62,993 bases of DNA, filler included, from Sphacelaria rigidula (GCA_964200075.2; 11 parts of 11 records of this genome joined end to end with filler, not necessarily neighbours in it), one strand, 5' to 3'; positions 12,043 to 25,659 are shown, numbered from the whole stretch's first letter. Program-made: numbers and translations. Notes: generated by a model from the sequence alone, not told the origin.

Positions 12043-12475
12043 GTTCAGGAAGCGAACAGTTTACCCATTGAACTAGTGAGCGCTCACTGGTTTAATGGGT
12101 AAACTGTTCGCCTCCTGAACAAAATATATGCTGTGCGATCAGTCCCAGCATGACACATCAGTGATCTCCGGGGCCCCTTACCCCTCGCGAGCCTCACTGT
12201 TCACATGTCAAATTCGTCCCTTCCACAATCGATCATGCCGGGACAGACCACACAGCATATATTTTGTTCAGGAGGCGAACAGTTTACCCATGAAACCAGT
12301 GAGCGCTCACTAGTTCAATGGGTGAACTGTTCGCTTCCTGAGCAGCCCGGAGATCACTGATGTCTCATGCCGGGACGGACCACACAGCATATATTTCGTT
12401 CAGAAGGCGGACAATTTACCCATTGAACGAGTGAGCGCTCACTGGTTCAATGGGTAAACTGTTCGCTTCCTGAAC
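12043..12475. repeat. Cluster of three 78-bp AGCGCT-centred palindromes (12043-12120, 12266-12343, 12398-12475), each attached to a shared tail
   Basis: gttcaggaagcgaacagtttacccattgaactagtgagc|gctcac...cctgaac; tail aaaatatatgctgtg...gtgatctccggg present in +,-,- orientation (truncated in copy 2). Confidence 0.92.
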
Positions 12476-12959
12476 ACGGTGCTACGGGCCACACTCCGAC
12501 ACGGTCGTCGACAGTTCAGGTGGTGCCACCGGCAGCGTCGACAGTTACGACAGTTCCAACCCTGTCGATAGTGTTGCAAGTGTCGGCGACAGTATGGGAA
12601 ATGTAGCCAACGATGTGGATAGTGTTCGGCGACATTGTCCAGATTATCACCGACACTTGGTACACTGCCACCGACACTTCGCACATTGTCGCCTACACTA
12701 CCTGATATTGCGAAGCCTTGAGCGGGAGTATTGACCCGACTCTTGATAATAGCTCAGTAGTATAGTTGTGACACTTGAAACAGCAACGTCGGTCCGGGTG
12801 GAGGTGGTTTGTTTACAACTATGAATGACGAATCCATGACTACCCATTCATGCAGTTCGTTTGTCGGTGCAAAGGTGAGAATACAGTACTTCCGCACTGT
12901 GATGATCCCAAAAATGAGGATGACGCCCTTCACGGTGCCGTTCTGCCTACACTTCGAAG

Positions 12960-13260
12960 TATGCACATGTATCAGTTCACATTTTTCACCACTTTTACCG
13001 AGTTTTCTCTGGTGGCAAGGCACTTTTTCCCGCGCTTTCTTTTGCAGCGCACTGGGAAGGCTCAGAGGTACATTGCCGTTCAGGTTTGGGTGTCATCTGA
13101 CACCTGTGGCGCGTGTTCTGGCCACCGAAAGTCGCCCAAACTGGCCCTTTTTCGCGGGGTGTCAAATCCGAACCACAAAAGCCTTTTCAAGATCATGGAA
13201 AACTTGAAACGAGAACCCGAACCAAAAAATACAAGCCTGCTGAAGATCATGCAGAACCTC
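12960..13260. repeat. Unclassified dispersed repeat
   Basis: Reverse-complement homologues at 30520-30800 and 49290-49400. Confidence 0.75.
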
Positions 13261-14539
13261 AAACAGGATTACTTTTGGCGGGGTATTTCTTCTCCTTATT
13301 TCTCTTTGTCGCGTTCTCGTTCACTTGGGAGCACGAACAAACCGGCTACGCTACCAATGTCACGAGAACATGAGAGAAAAACAGTTGAAAACAATTGAAC
13401 ATTGCCTTGGCCTTGATCACCAGCAAACACAAGACCGTGCAATGGGCCGTTGGCGAGTTGAACAATGCACAGCAGTACAACAGCACATTAATGTTTCGCC
13501 GCAAAAACAATCATCCTGTTTTCAAAAAAGGTCCCGGTGAGGTGGAATCCACAGTGATGTACAAAGAACATGCCAAGAATGTTCCACACATTCCAAGGTT
13601 TCATGAGTGCCTCCCGCTGTCATGTCTTTGTGACACGAGAGCTACTTCGCACTCTGGCACGTCGGAAATACCACATACTGTACATTGAGATACAACAGCC
13701 TTTCTTGAACATATATTTTCGACCTGCGTCACCCTCGGGAGGCCCATACCAACCATGCGAAGGAGAACCTTGTACAGTGTGGAACTTTCAAGAAAGGTGT
13801 AGCCGTGTTCCGCAACTGTAATCTGAAGAGGAAGCAGTCGAGTCATGGACTGTCGTCCTCGATGCAAGCGCCCGCTGTCCCCGTTCGAGTTATCGTGGTT
13901 TAGCCGACATCGCATCGCTCCTCCTCGAATCTGACCTTACAGTAGTCCTCGTTTCCGTAGGGTTCTTAGATGCGAGCTCATGCCGTACCCAAAATAGTGT
14001 GGCTGACATAGATGACCCACCATCGGTTCCCACGGCTTTTCGGTTTTCATTCGATTGGGTATAAATGCGTGCGCTTTTGCGCAAGCCCTTTTCCATCGCC
14101 ATGTTGCAGAGGCCGGCCAGCTCTACCTCTTTTTCCCCAGGTTTTAGTTTATTTTGCCTTTCTTGTGTTTGTCGTGTGTGCGTATTTTCAATATAATGTT
14201 TGCGCCTGTTCCACTTCCCTGTTTCCTCTTCCTTCCTACGGCGAGTGTTTCAGTTTGGTTAATCTCGTGTACGTCTGTTATCATGTGAGCACGGCTGGAT
14301 CCCTGGGAGATCAGTCAAATTGCGACAGCGAGCCAATCGATCAATCGAGTGGAGAGAAGAGTGGTAGTGTTTGTTGCTTGGACTGAGAGGTACGCCCCAC
14401 TCCACCATGCTGTATTTATTGTCTCCAAAGACACTAGAAACATAGTTGGCCAGGTAAACCTTCGCGAGCGTTCTTTTTTGCACTTTTTAAATCTATTTGC
14501 AGCAGAATTTTTTCGGTTGAGCGATAGGACCAGATACGT

Positions 14540-15710
14540 ACCGGGCTGAAATCGTCAGGTTTGGCTCGGTCGGGGAGCCTCCGGAGGTTTTCCACCACTT
14601 CCATGGCATCGTCGTTACTGGACAGACGTCTGGAAAGATACGGCAGGAGTGGGAAGACGCCACTATCGTAATACCGCACAAGAAGAAGGATCGGGCCGTG
14701 TGTGGTAACTGCGGGGGCGTCTCCGTCGTGGCGCACGATAGTGAGGTTCTCCTCAAACTCGTAGCCAACAGGCTTAATAATATCTGCAAAGAGGCAGGAC
14801 TTTCCCCAGGAGAACGGTGCAGATTCCGACGCCAGCGAGCGACCACCGACATGGTGTTCGTGGTACGCCGCCTGCAAGAGCTGGGGTGGGCAAGCAATAT
14901 GCCATTGCGCATGTGTTTCATCGATCTACAGGAGTCGTGCGACTCCGCACACCGCACGATCCTGTGGAAAATGCTTCCCCGTCTCCGAGTCTCACCGTGA
15001 ATTATCTTGACCATCCGTATTTTTCACAACGGCATGCGATCTAGGGTGTAAGTGGGTGGTAGGTCAATTATCAACGTTGTTTCACGTCTGCAGTGGACTC
15101 TGGTAAGGATGTGCTCCATCCCCGCTACTTTTCATCATCGGCGGCGTATCGCGGCAGACCCGGCCGTCGCCTCAGATGTATTAGTCTTTAACTAGATGAA
15201 GGATCAAAAAGTAAGGATGGCGACTCATTGGAAGAGACACCGCTGGAGAGGGTGCAACCCGCGGTGTACACGGAATAGTGTGCGCTCTTGATTCAGGCAT
15301 AGCATCGAGGCACACCAGGCGGACTTGCTAGGATGATGGGTGTGACAGTGGTGGTCTGTCAGGATTTCGGACTAACGGTATCAGAACAGAGTTCAGTACT
15401 TAGCTCCCCAGAGACCGCACTGCACTCCAAGGCAGCAGATTGACGGTACACGCAGACGACCGAGGTTTCCTACCTTGAAGGTATTATCGACATCGAGGTC
15501 GATGTTTCCGTATCGAAATATGGCGCAGCATCAATACCGTAGTATGGGCACGGCTCCGTAATTATGATTCTCAACCCTACGATCTACTCAACGCCAAACG
15601 GCCTCTCAAAACCCGGCTGCTCGAAGTAGAGGTGGTGAAAGCTATGCTTTAGTAATGTGCTAAGTGGGCTCTGCGCCCAGGTGAGATCGAGCGCCGACGA
15701 AACGACCACC
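14540..15710 (+). mobile_element. Degenerate non-LTR retrotransposon reverse transcriptase (RTE-like)
   Basis: QEWEDATI..PHKKKDR..CGNCGG; KLVANRL; RRQRATTDMVFVVRRLQELG; CFIDLQESCDS; later DFGLTVSE; many stops and frameshifts. Confidence 0.88.
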
Positions 15711-16289
15711 ACGAGAGCTCACATAATTAATTTACCCACGCAGAGATACATCAAGTGGCCCGAGTTTCGAACTGTGGGCTGAGGTAGGTTTAAGGTTCGT
15801 ACAGTGGGCTGGGATCAGTATGTATATGACTGCAACACCATCGTATTTACTTCAGGATCTGCGGCAGGTTCGGCATTTCTCCCGTCATCCGTCTTCTCAA
15901 GATGCGACATCGAGTTATGCATGCCGCAGAAGATGATCGCTGCTTAACAGGCATAGGAGAGGTCACGACATTATCTTGCCTACACAGAGATGCATCGAGT
16001 GGCGAGAGGTTCGCACTGTGTGCTGATATTAGCGTTTGAGATCCAAGCGATCGGGGGGTGGCCTACGTCGATAAAACGATACACATTATGTCAATTATCG
16101 CCGACAGAGCCCAATCTCCGATCGAGGAGGTTAGGAACAGCATCTTTTCCATGCTATCGTGATGAATATCACCTATGGAGTTTCGGGCGATTCGATATCT
16201 GGGCATCCAGCATATTAATTCGCTCAGTATCCCTCGATATTTGTGTGTCAAAACTCATTGCCCTGCTCGAATATCGATCGATAAAAACC

Positions 16290-17100
16290 GTTGTTTTTCC
16301 ATCGTGATCAACAATTCCGACGAGCTGGGCCGGACAAAAATCGGTTTCAAGCTCTCAAAATCATTTATCATCGATGCAGACCAATGGGACCGGGATCCGC
16401 ACATCTTATTAAGCGTCTTATCAAGGGGCAGGTGTTCCTTTGCTCTTCACCCTTAATGTTAATTTTTCTCGCTGATTAAATGTCATGTCGAGTAAGCCCG
16501 ATACGTCTGGAGATTGATTGATCGATTCATTGTCGTACTTTGACTGATCTCCTAGAGATTCAGCAGTGGTCAAGTGATAGATGTACTCATTGTATAAGAA
16601 AATGAGAGCAACACTCGCTGAAAAAAAGTGAACGAAGCAGGGAGGTAGTACAGACAGAGCAGACGATGGAATGGAAATAAGGATGGAAAGAGGGAAACAA
16701 ATAAGGGTAAATGCTAATGTCTACACGAAACCCCGAACGATATGTACAGGGAATGATGATGATTCGTTGGTGTCGAGATTCCCTGAAGCACGAGGGAACA
16801 ATCGATACCCTCATCTTCACTGAGTTCGTTATCTATCGAGAGATATGGCGCAAGTGAGATTCTATACCAAAGTCACCATCTTACGAGCAGGGACACAGAG
16901 TAAACTCATCTGGGATTCTCACCTCAATTTTGAGAGTTGTGCTTTGAAAATTTGCATGGAGTGTCGGTAGGGCATACTAGTAAAAAAGACAGCAACCCCA
17001 TGCCCCCCCCGCCCGCCCCGTGATCCGTCTCGAAAGGGATGCGTGGTCAATGGTCAAACGACTAAGGCAAGCAATAAATGAGTACGCCCCCCCCCTTCCC
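16290..17100. repeat. Unclassified DNA-transposon-like repeat shared with 44150-45400
   Basis: Colinear homology of 16310-16510 with 44180-44380 and 16780-16960 with 44455-44660; repeated ttgaaatttgg motifs. Confidence 0.65.
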
Positions 17101-18054
17101 CCCCCCCCNNNNNNNNNNNNNNNNNNNNNNNNNNNNNNNNNNNNNNNNNNNNTTAATTAATTAANNNNNNNNNNNNNNNNNNNNNNNNNNNNNNNNNNNN
17201 NNNNNNNNAGCAGGGAGGGGGGGGGGGGGAGCTCCGCTACGCGTGCTCCGCCCGTCCCCGCCCCCCCCCCTTTTACAACACAAAAAAAGGGGGGGGGGTT
17301 ACGAGAGGTAAAAAATATACATTTTTGTGGTTCCTTTTTTTTCTTTTCTTTTTTCGCTGTGAAACGACTTACGCGCCAAATTGACGCTTTTGCCCTCAGC
17401 ACGCCCTGAATATCTTGACAACCACTTGGCCATGTAACTTGAGATAAAATCCTGGTGTCAAGAAATGCGCTCATTCAAACACCCAGAGATGGCTAACCAA
17501 TGACTGAAACACCTGAATTTGGTGGCCTATGAACCCATACCCTACCGACAACAGTAACTGTGTGCACACAACTGTACAGACCCCGCCCTCTCTCACACAC
17601 CACCTGGGCCACACTTGATGGCTATGAAAGTATCAAAACGCAGAGGGGTCGTCAGTTACCTTACATCATTTGGGACACACACGATTCGTGTATGTGTATT
17701 TGTATGTGTATGTGAGTGTGTGTGAATGTGTGTATGAGTCTGTATGAGGGTGAGTGTGTGTATATGAGATTGAGTGCAAGTTTGAATGAGTCTCTGTGTG
17801 TTTGTGGTTGTGTATGCGTGTGTTTTTTTTCAAATACATGGGTTCCCGTTGTCATCTGCTTTATATCCATCGAAGCCGTCATGCTCCGACTGAGTAACCG
17901 CATCCACATCGACTACCACTATGGCCGGTCGACAAGTCATGTACGAAAGAGAAGAAGATGTGTACCGACTCTACACACTGCTCGTTCTTCCTCCGCGTTC
18001 AAGGGGCTGGGTTGCTGTGTGTCAAGATAGCACGCTTCTTGCAGTACACAAACG

Positions 18055-18278
18055 CCGCGCCCCGGTGTAATGGTCCGACTGTCGCCATTAGGGTGGAGAG
18101 AACGAAGGTTCGATTCCCGATGCGTTGGATTTTTTTGTCGTAGTATTTGATTTCCACCGTGGAGCGCGTGAGAACGTGAGAACACAAATAGGAGTTAACT
18201 GAGTGCGTTCGACGAGTTGACGCGGTGCGGGAGTGCTACCCAATCCGCGAGACCAAAATACAAGGCGTGTACCGGGCA
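18055..18278 (+). mobile_element. tRNA-derived SINE, family 2
   Basis: A-box-like GGTGTAATGG and B box GGTTCGATTCC; second copy at 22548-22776. Confidence 0.7.
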
Positions 18279-18361
18279 GAGATGGGTTGATCCCTTGGGA
18301 CCACGGACTCGTCCCGAGGAGGAGGGGGGGTTCAAAGTGCGACAAATAAATAAAATAGTGA

Positions 18362-18730
18362 ATGGTCGCCCCAGCGGCTCAGTTGGTGACCTTGAAACCT
18401 TCTGACGGTTGGGTCGTGAGTTCAAATCTCGGGGCGATCTGGGATTTTTCATCACGCCATGCTCAACGGTGGAGAGCGACTATGTCGTGGGTACCCACAA
18501 TTCGACTAAACGGTCGACGAGGGAAAGGGACTGCTGAATAACTCTCGCGATAGAAAATAAAAGGCGAACGCCGCAGAAGGAAGGTAGAGGACAAACAAAC
18601 AAACAAACAAACAAACAAACAAACTCCTGTGATCACCTTCCTCCTGTGTGACCCCGGCTGGTGCGCCTATATTTATACCGAAAGGTGTAGACCGGCGTCC
18701 AAATAGATGAGACGAAAACACAACACACAG
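18362..18730 (+). mobile_element. tRNA-derived SINE, family 1 (near full length)
   Basis: Head, body and gaaaggtgtagaccggcgtcc...acacaacacac tail. Confidence 0.82.
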
Positions 18731-18779
18731 TATAAACAATAAAAAATACGAACACATGATCGTCGTAATTTCGTCTCAC

Positions 18780-18878
18780 CACAAGTCCTCGGTTGGGTGA
18801 TAGATAGCCTTCAAGGCCCATGCAGCCTTTCGCTCGATGAGAAAGCATGCGGCCCATATCGAACACCCCAACGAACGC
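18780..18878 (-). CDS. Peroxiredoxin-like protein, downstream exon
   Basis: CAG|AFVGVFDMGRMLSHRAKGCMGLEGYLSPNRGLV|GTGAGA; 99 nt; continues EVSK in frame and supplies the conserved Arg position. Confidence 0.6.
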
Positions 18879-20357
18879 CTGCCGATGCGAATGATACACA
18901 GGCATGAAATAAGTGAAAAAAACTAAGATCTCTTTTCGAAACACGACCCTTTGTTGAAGGACGGATTTGATTCCACTCGAAAGCCGCGAAACAGACGATA
19001 TATATATATATATATTAAAAAAAAGACGAAACGATGCCAAAAACAAAAACAAAAAATAAATCATCCAGAAAAAGGGGGAAAAAAGTGATCCAAACAAAAC
19101 AAAACAAAAATGACCCAGAAAATGAAACCAAAAGAAAGGGAGAAAAAGAGGGAGGCAGGCATCGATAAAACGAAGAGCACTTCAATACCACCCAAGCCGT
19201 CGTTTTTTCCCTACTTTTCTTCGTGACTTTTTTTTACACTCATGTATGTGTCACGATGAATTTAGTAATATGATCACTACCCCCTACAAAACATTTTTTC
19301 TTGTTCCCCAAGCAAACCGTTTTTTGCACGATACAAGGACCAGCACAAGAGCACAAAAAAATAAATAAAGCAGACAAGAGGACAAAAAGGAAACAGCAAA
19401 AAAAAAAGAAAAGCAACGCACACTTTTTGTCGCAACGATTCGATACCATGAGTCGTGCTACGTTAATAAAAAAAAAAAAAAACGATTGCACAAAAAAAAA
19501 ATATGGGCCGGCGTACAGCACCGGAGAGATGATATATATCCTCGCGCACTTGCACTGGTGCAGTTGTAGGACGAAGTTGCGTCTGACCGTGAGGATATTC
19601 CTCCGCCGGCAAACATCACAAAATTGTGAAAAATACACACCCTGGACAATTATATGGTTAAATATATTCAACAAACCAAAAATGTGTGGAGACCACGTAT
19701 GTATGAGCGTAATGACATCCAAATACGCATGTCAGCCGGAGAAACAGTCTCAGGAACGGGGTCTGCCAGTGGCACACATGAGCGGACCTGAAACGTTCGA
19801 ACCTCTAAAACTTGATCTTCGGCAACCTAGGCAAACCGGGTCTACGGTACAAGAGCCCAAAACAATGGGGTCACCGCATGAACCCTGGTAGAACGTAGCC
19901 GGTACTACCGTACCACCTCGTTCACTTCTTTTCCTTGCCTACCATCGGTCACGGCCGCATCCTTGCCCAAATGACAAGAAGGAGAAATACGCCTCGCTCT
20001 GGAGATCCTTCGGCAGCAGGGTACGACAACGTTCTTCTTCGGGACCCGTAACTCTACTGCCTCACCCCCAGCGAAGCTTAGTTCACAAATGTACTGGACT
20101 AAGTACAGGTCTACTGTAACTACTGTCGATCGACAATAGTTGCGATAGACCTATACTCAACCCAGTATAATCTTGGTCTATTGCATATATTGAACATATA
20201 ATGTCATATCCAGGATGTGGAAAAAACGTCATTTGTTCTGTTTTCACAACGTTAAAGTACCCCGGGCACGTTTTGGCCAAAAAAGTGCACCCCTCCCATA
20301 TTAATAGCACGATTCCCGTGCAACAACAACAACACCACCCCAGGCGCTACTGCTTAC

Positions 20358-20506
20358 CTTGGAAACCTCCAGGTTAGGATCGGACAAAAGGGGATATGTC
20401 AACCCCATCCCCTTGGACCACGCCGCCAACGTAAACGGTAACTCCCGCCCTATACCGAAGATGCTCACTTCTCCGGCAGCATGCCCCGCGGTCAGTTGCG
20501 CCAAGT
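20358..20506 (-). CDS. Peroxiredoxin (AhpC/TSA family, AhpE/BCP-like) exon
   Basis: CAG|(D)LAQLTAGHAAGEVSIFGIGRELPFTLAAWSKGMGLTYPLLSDPNLEVSK|GTAAGC; matches the GISxDxPF..aW....L.(Y/F)PLLSD motif. Confidence 0.8.
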
Positions 20507-21809
20507 CTGCACTAAGCGAGCAAAAAAAATATCAACATGAAGATAGATTACCAAGGTTGTGTTCCATAGGGTTATACTCCGGCTGAAATTCGGGTATTCA
20601 GAGAAGCATAAACGAGGTATTTTATCGGTAAAGACTGCACCGAAAACCATACCGGATTGTTCGGAACAGGACCATACTTTTACCGGAACGTTGGGGGACA
20701 CACTCATGATGCCCTGGTGGGATGAAACACCTCGCCCACGTTCCACAAGTAAGCGTCACAAACTCTTGGTCGACGACCATGTGTACTCATCACCCAACAC
20801 TTTTGTATATTGGTCAGGTTTGAGGTAGATGATACGATATCTACGCGGCTTTTTCAAAGATACGCCCAGCAGAAGCTGAAAGGACGGGGAAATTGCTTAC
20901 TTGCGCTATGCTCCCGCGTGTTCGTTGTTTTTGACGCAGCTTGGGGCCCGCAGATGCGCTGAACAGAATTTTCTTGATGTCATGCAGTTGGGGTATGCAC
21001 TCCGGTATGTTTCGGTATGCCGTAAAAGAATATCCCGCTTCCGGGGTATATATATATATATATGCCTTACAGAACATATTCTTAGAGATAACGGTGAACA
21101 CGAATGGGGACCAACTAATTTTGTGTGACCACGGCTGTACTCCGAAAAGGATTACTTATGGTGCAAAAAATCAATCAATGAACCCTTTTGGGGGACCGCC
21201 CCATGGGCTAGTACTGTTATTACAGTTTACATGAATATAGATGGTGTTGACATTGATTGCTTCTCTTTTTTTTTGGCGGTGGTTGTGTCACGTTGTACCT
21301 TTCCCGTGGTGCTATGTTGTACCTCTTCTGTGTTCTTCTTCACTTTTCTTTAGCGAGTGCTTTAGTTTTGTTGTTCTTGTCTAGGGTACGTCTATCTCAT
21401 GGATGATGACAAGGGATTAGTTAAAGTGCGACAATCAAATCAACTCAATCAAATATATACAGTACGTACATCAATCACATCAGTAAAAAGGGTGGAACGA
21501 TCAAGTGGACAGCGACCAAAATCGAGAGATGTTTTTTTTTTTTTTCCTTCATGCATACAGTACAGTACAGTAAAAGCGTGTCGAGGGACGGACATAATCC
21601 ATTCAATACTGCAATCAAGGTAAATTCACTCTACAGAGAGAAGCAAACACGACACAGACGGATGTAGCGCTTGGACGACCCGGGTCGTCCCGGCAGTAGA
21701 GCTCACGCATTTTGTCGTGAAAAAACAGTCGGTCACTTCATTCTAGGGTAAACACCGATGTTCGGAATATTGGAGGGTTTGGAAGCCTCGGGTGCTCCTA
21801 TTGTTATAG

Positions 21810-21990
21810 CTGGTCCAGAATGCGCTTTTGTTTACATCGGCGCTGATTTGATGTCATCGGCGCTGATTTGATGTCTGAAAACGCGCACTTTGCCTAGAGC
21901 ACCATCTGCACCCTCCTCACCCGAGGGTTCTCGTATGCCTTGGGTTGGGGTCGGGGTCAGGGTCAGGGTTAGGGTTAGGGTCAGCGTTAT
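21810..21990 (+). repeat. Dispersed repeat with interstitial telomere-like hexamers
   Basis: ...ggggtcagggtcagggttagggttagggtcag; homologous to 1390-1565. Confidence 0.75.
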
Positions 21991-22547
21991 TCGGAAAAGA
22001 TGTGAGAACGAATATTCATGTCGAAAACATATTTACGACACGCGCGTACAGTAAAAGCACGACTGAGTCCCTTGTGCGGTCAAAATAGATGACTTGATCA
22101 TCTTTTTTTTTGTTTCAGAAAAAAAAAAATGTCAGAATTTTTTCGGGTGGATGGATGACTTTATCATTTGACTCCAGAGTAGTGGATAGTGGAGGAAAGT
22201 CTTAGAGAAAGAGAACAAAACAAAAAAAAAACGCCCCTTCAGACCTTCCAGCAGCACACAGAGCGAAATCAAGTCTCCCCAATGTACAAACGCCAACACC
22301 CGGCTGGGAGATTCAGGGGAACCGTTTATTCATCTATACGCGACGACTGCAATAGGAACACCAATGTCGGGGTCTGCCACCCCTTCGTTTCTCCTCCAGC
22401 CGCAGCTGGCAGCAGCGTGACGGGGGAGTTATTACAAGCCAGCCAGCAGCGATTGCCGCATTTCAAACGGATGCGAACATGGATTAATGTACACCCGCTT
22501 GCTCATTCTAGGCATGTATACCGCAAGCGAGTGTAGTGGACTATCCT

Positions 22548-22776
22548 GCAGTGTACTAATGGTCCGACTGTCGCCGTTAGGGTGGAGAGAACGAGGGTTC
22601 GATTCCCGATGTGTTGGGTTTTTTCTTCGTATTAATAGTATGTGATTCGATTTCCACCGTAGAAAACGTGAGAACGTGAGTAAACGAAGTAGTCGACTGA
22701 GTTTGTTTGACGTGAGTTGACGCGGTGCGGGAGTGCGTACCCGATCCGCGCCACCGAAATGCAAGGCGTGTACCGG
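22548..22776 (+). mobile_element. tRNA-derived SINE, family 2
   Basis: Homologous to 18055-18278. Confidence 0.7.
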
Positions 22777-22778
22777 GG

Positions 22779-22844
22779 TGTACTCATGATCATGCATGAC
22801 ATAGTCGTAACACCATTGACCTCACATCCCTACAAAGCCGGGAC
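22779..22844 (+). mobile_element. Probable LTR 5' end (truncated by contig end)
   Basis: TGTACTCATGATCATGCATG also at 28540 (after a G-run polypurine tract) and 5300-5323 (minus strand). Confidence 0.45.
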
Positions 22845-25659
22845 NNNNNNNNNNNNNNNNNNNNNNNNNNNNNNNNNNNNNNNNNNNNTTAATTAATTAA
22901 NNNNNNNNNNNNNNNNNNNNNNNNNNNNNNNNNNNNNNNNNNNNTACTCAGTACAGCCGCAGGGCAGCCATAGGAGCAGAGCGTAGTGATGGCCCAGGGT
23001 AGACCACGGCAAGGGCAGCAACTGATCAGATGGGGCGCCGCAACCCAAATGGGGTGTCGCAACCCTAACGTATGACAGTAGCAAACGCGATAACAACGCG
23101 TCACGGAATCCAGGGTCTACGAGCAGAGCCGCGCAGAGTATATCTTGCAACGCCTCTAAGCTTTATCACACAAGTGTAATAATAATGGAAATCTGGAATT
23201 TTGACAGCCGCTGCTGTTCGAAATAGACCCTAATTCCACACTTGGAATAGAGCAAAAAGGGTTCGTTCGAAATAAATCCTAATTCCAAACTTGGAATATA
23301 GGGGGAAAAGGATTCATTCCGAGAGCTTCAGCTGTACAGATACTCCCATGTTCACTGTATATAGCAGATGGAATTTGTACACCGCGAAGAATATACCTGA
23401 AATTGGGTGGAGAAAGAACTTGCTCGCGAGCAGCCTCAGCTGTTCAAGTCCCAAATACTGCAGGCAAGCTTTCGTTGCAGCTGTATCGTCATGAGCGATT
23501 GACCTCGGTGATAGATGCACATACCTGACGAAAACCCCGTAGTCCTGCGTCGACGAAACTAAAACAATTTACAGGGAATAATGGAGCATCTCATCGCGCT
23601 GTTGATACTGCGTATACTGGGGATACATATTCACAACAATAAACTGTACTGGACTAGCTGTACAATACCATTGCATGCGGTACAGTGCGCTATACCGCCG
23701 TGCTTACACGTGCGGCGCCATGTACTGCAGATAGCTGGCTATAAATACAATGTAGATGCCTGCATGCAGCTTATTTTGATATATGGGGCGGATGTTATAT
23801 ATCGTCACGAACTCCAGTTTTTCACGCGCGCGTTCCAGCACAGCATATTTGCGCGCACATGCATCATCAGCTGCATGCTGCTGCAGCACAGTAAGTAGGA
23901 CGTGAAAGGGAAGGGGGAAAGTACAGTACAGACAGCGCAGGACAATGTATGCATGTTCTCTACCTACAGTGCGACGTGGAAAGGACTTGAAGAACGTGCA
24001 GCATATCGTACGCGGCCTACTGTATGCTGCACAATATATATATGTTATATCGCGGTGCGTCTGCAGCATGCATATGGTGAGTGCTATGCATAATATAGGC
24101 GGCCGGTTGATATTGTTCCTCGCACCCGCCTATATATACGCACCAGCCCGCGTATGTCGTCGCCGCGCGCGATGTCGCGACCGCCATGAAAGAAGGTGCT
24201 CACGTTTCCACCAACGAGAAATACATCGTATCCACCAGCACGGCAGTGTGTATATGTGTCTATATATATATATATATATCCCTGTGCCCAACCCGTGCTC
24301 TTTGCTGCGGGGTTATGGTGGTATAGCTGCATGGGCGGAATAATAATAATACTGTTGTTCGCGGGCGGGTATATGCATTCATTGATGTTCGATTTGTGTG
24401 CGGTGATAAATATACGAAGTGATGGTCTACATATACTATTCATATACGATTGATTAAGTGATATTTTCTAAACATGGTTCGTGTTGGTAGAGAACGGAAG
24501 ACGGGGTTTTGTGAAAAATATAAATAGATTGACGAGGTATACCCGACCATTAGGCATTTCCCCACCTCCCGAGAGGCTTCAGAGGAAGCACAGGTGTGGA
24601 CATACACACGTATCCAACGTGTGGGATCTCTATTGAGCAAAGGCGGTTGAGAGCTATATTCATCCTTTATCCCATGTACACATGGACTGGGGGGCAAAAG
24701 GATGAATACCTTTCAGCAACGTTTTCTGCGTGTCGGATCCCATGCGTCGGTGACGATGCAGTATGCGGGATTTGCCCAGCAGCTGACGCTGCTCGCAATA
24801 TAATTTTGTTTTCCCCCAACCATTGGACGGAATTGGAGGGGAAAGTAAATACTTATTTCGAGCTTCTTCTGCTGTTCAAATTCCGAATCTGCCAGTGTGC
24901 ATGGGATTTGCGCAGCAGAAGAAGCTGTTCGAAATAGATTGTGTTTTCGCTCATCTCAAAAATGGGCGAAAAAAGGATAGATCTTGAACAGCTTCTTCTG
25001 CTCTTCTGAAAAACTCATCTTTTTTGCCGAAATAAATTGGGCGAGAAGAGGATCTGTTTTGGATCTAGCTTGTCCTGCTGTCCAAAATAAATTCCTTTTC
25101 ACTCGATTCAAATCGGGTGAAGAGGAATTTACAACGGACAGGAGGACAAGGTATTGAAGATATAAAAATTTACAGATTTTGTACCAAAATATTTGGAATT
25201 TTCGAAAGAAAAACTTGAGCTTTTTTCACCAAAACCCTACCACATGACTGTGCAGGGCTTTGCCGACGTGCCTACACAGGGCTGCAAATCCAACCCTGGG
25301 GAAAACCCTATCAAAACGCTGCGATGGGTACAGATTTTGCATTTCACTGTCAGGGTTTTTCCACAAAGACTGTGGAGGGCCCTGTACGGACCCTGCACAG
25401 TGCGCCCCACAGGGTGCTATCTGTTCACGGGTGTGGTAAAACTGTCAATTGGAAGCTATTCTTGACCGTTCTTGACCGTTCTTGGCTCCCCTTCACGTCA
25501 TAAACCGGGGAGGATCTTTCTCAAAGATCCATTTGGAGAATCCTCGACGCCATTTCGGGATCTCCGTTGAGTTATCTCAACTTATAATCCAGGACTTCCT
25601 GAACTATTCGTCCAATGAACCAGGATCGCCGAGGTTGAGAGACCTCTATAACGACGACT

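Noticed and set aside
11495..12076. 193-aa Pro/Thr/Ala mucin-like protein
   Set aside because: The ORF runs through poly-G, a GCCGACA tract, a MITE and a palindrome; the motif recurs in both orientations nearby. A short real exon cannot be fully excluded
12076..12087. GTGAGCGCTCAC is identical to the core of the symmetric lac operator (vector contamination?)
   Set aside because: Lacks the AATT flanks, is part of a longer native palindrome in three diverged copies, and has no vector context
12043..12475. CRISPR-like array
   Set aside because: Repeats are 78 bp, the spacers are themselves repeated and inverted, and there are no cas genes; eukaryotic context
17840..18015. Further peroxiredoxin exons (QPSPLNAEEERAVCRV / VVVDVDAVTQ...)
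   Set aside because: Direct joining is out of phase, and the two-exon solution needs a ~47-nt intron; unsupported
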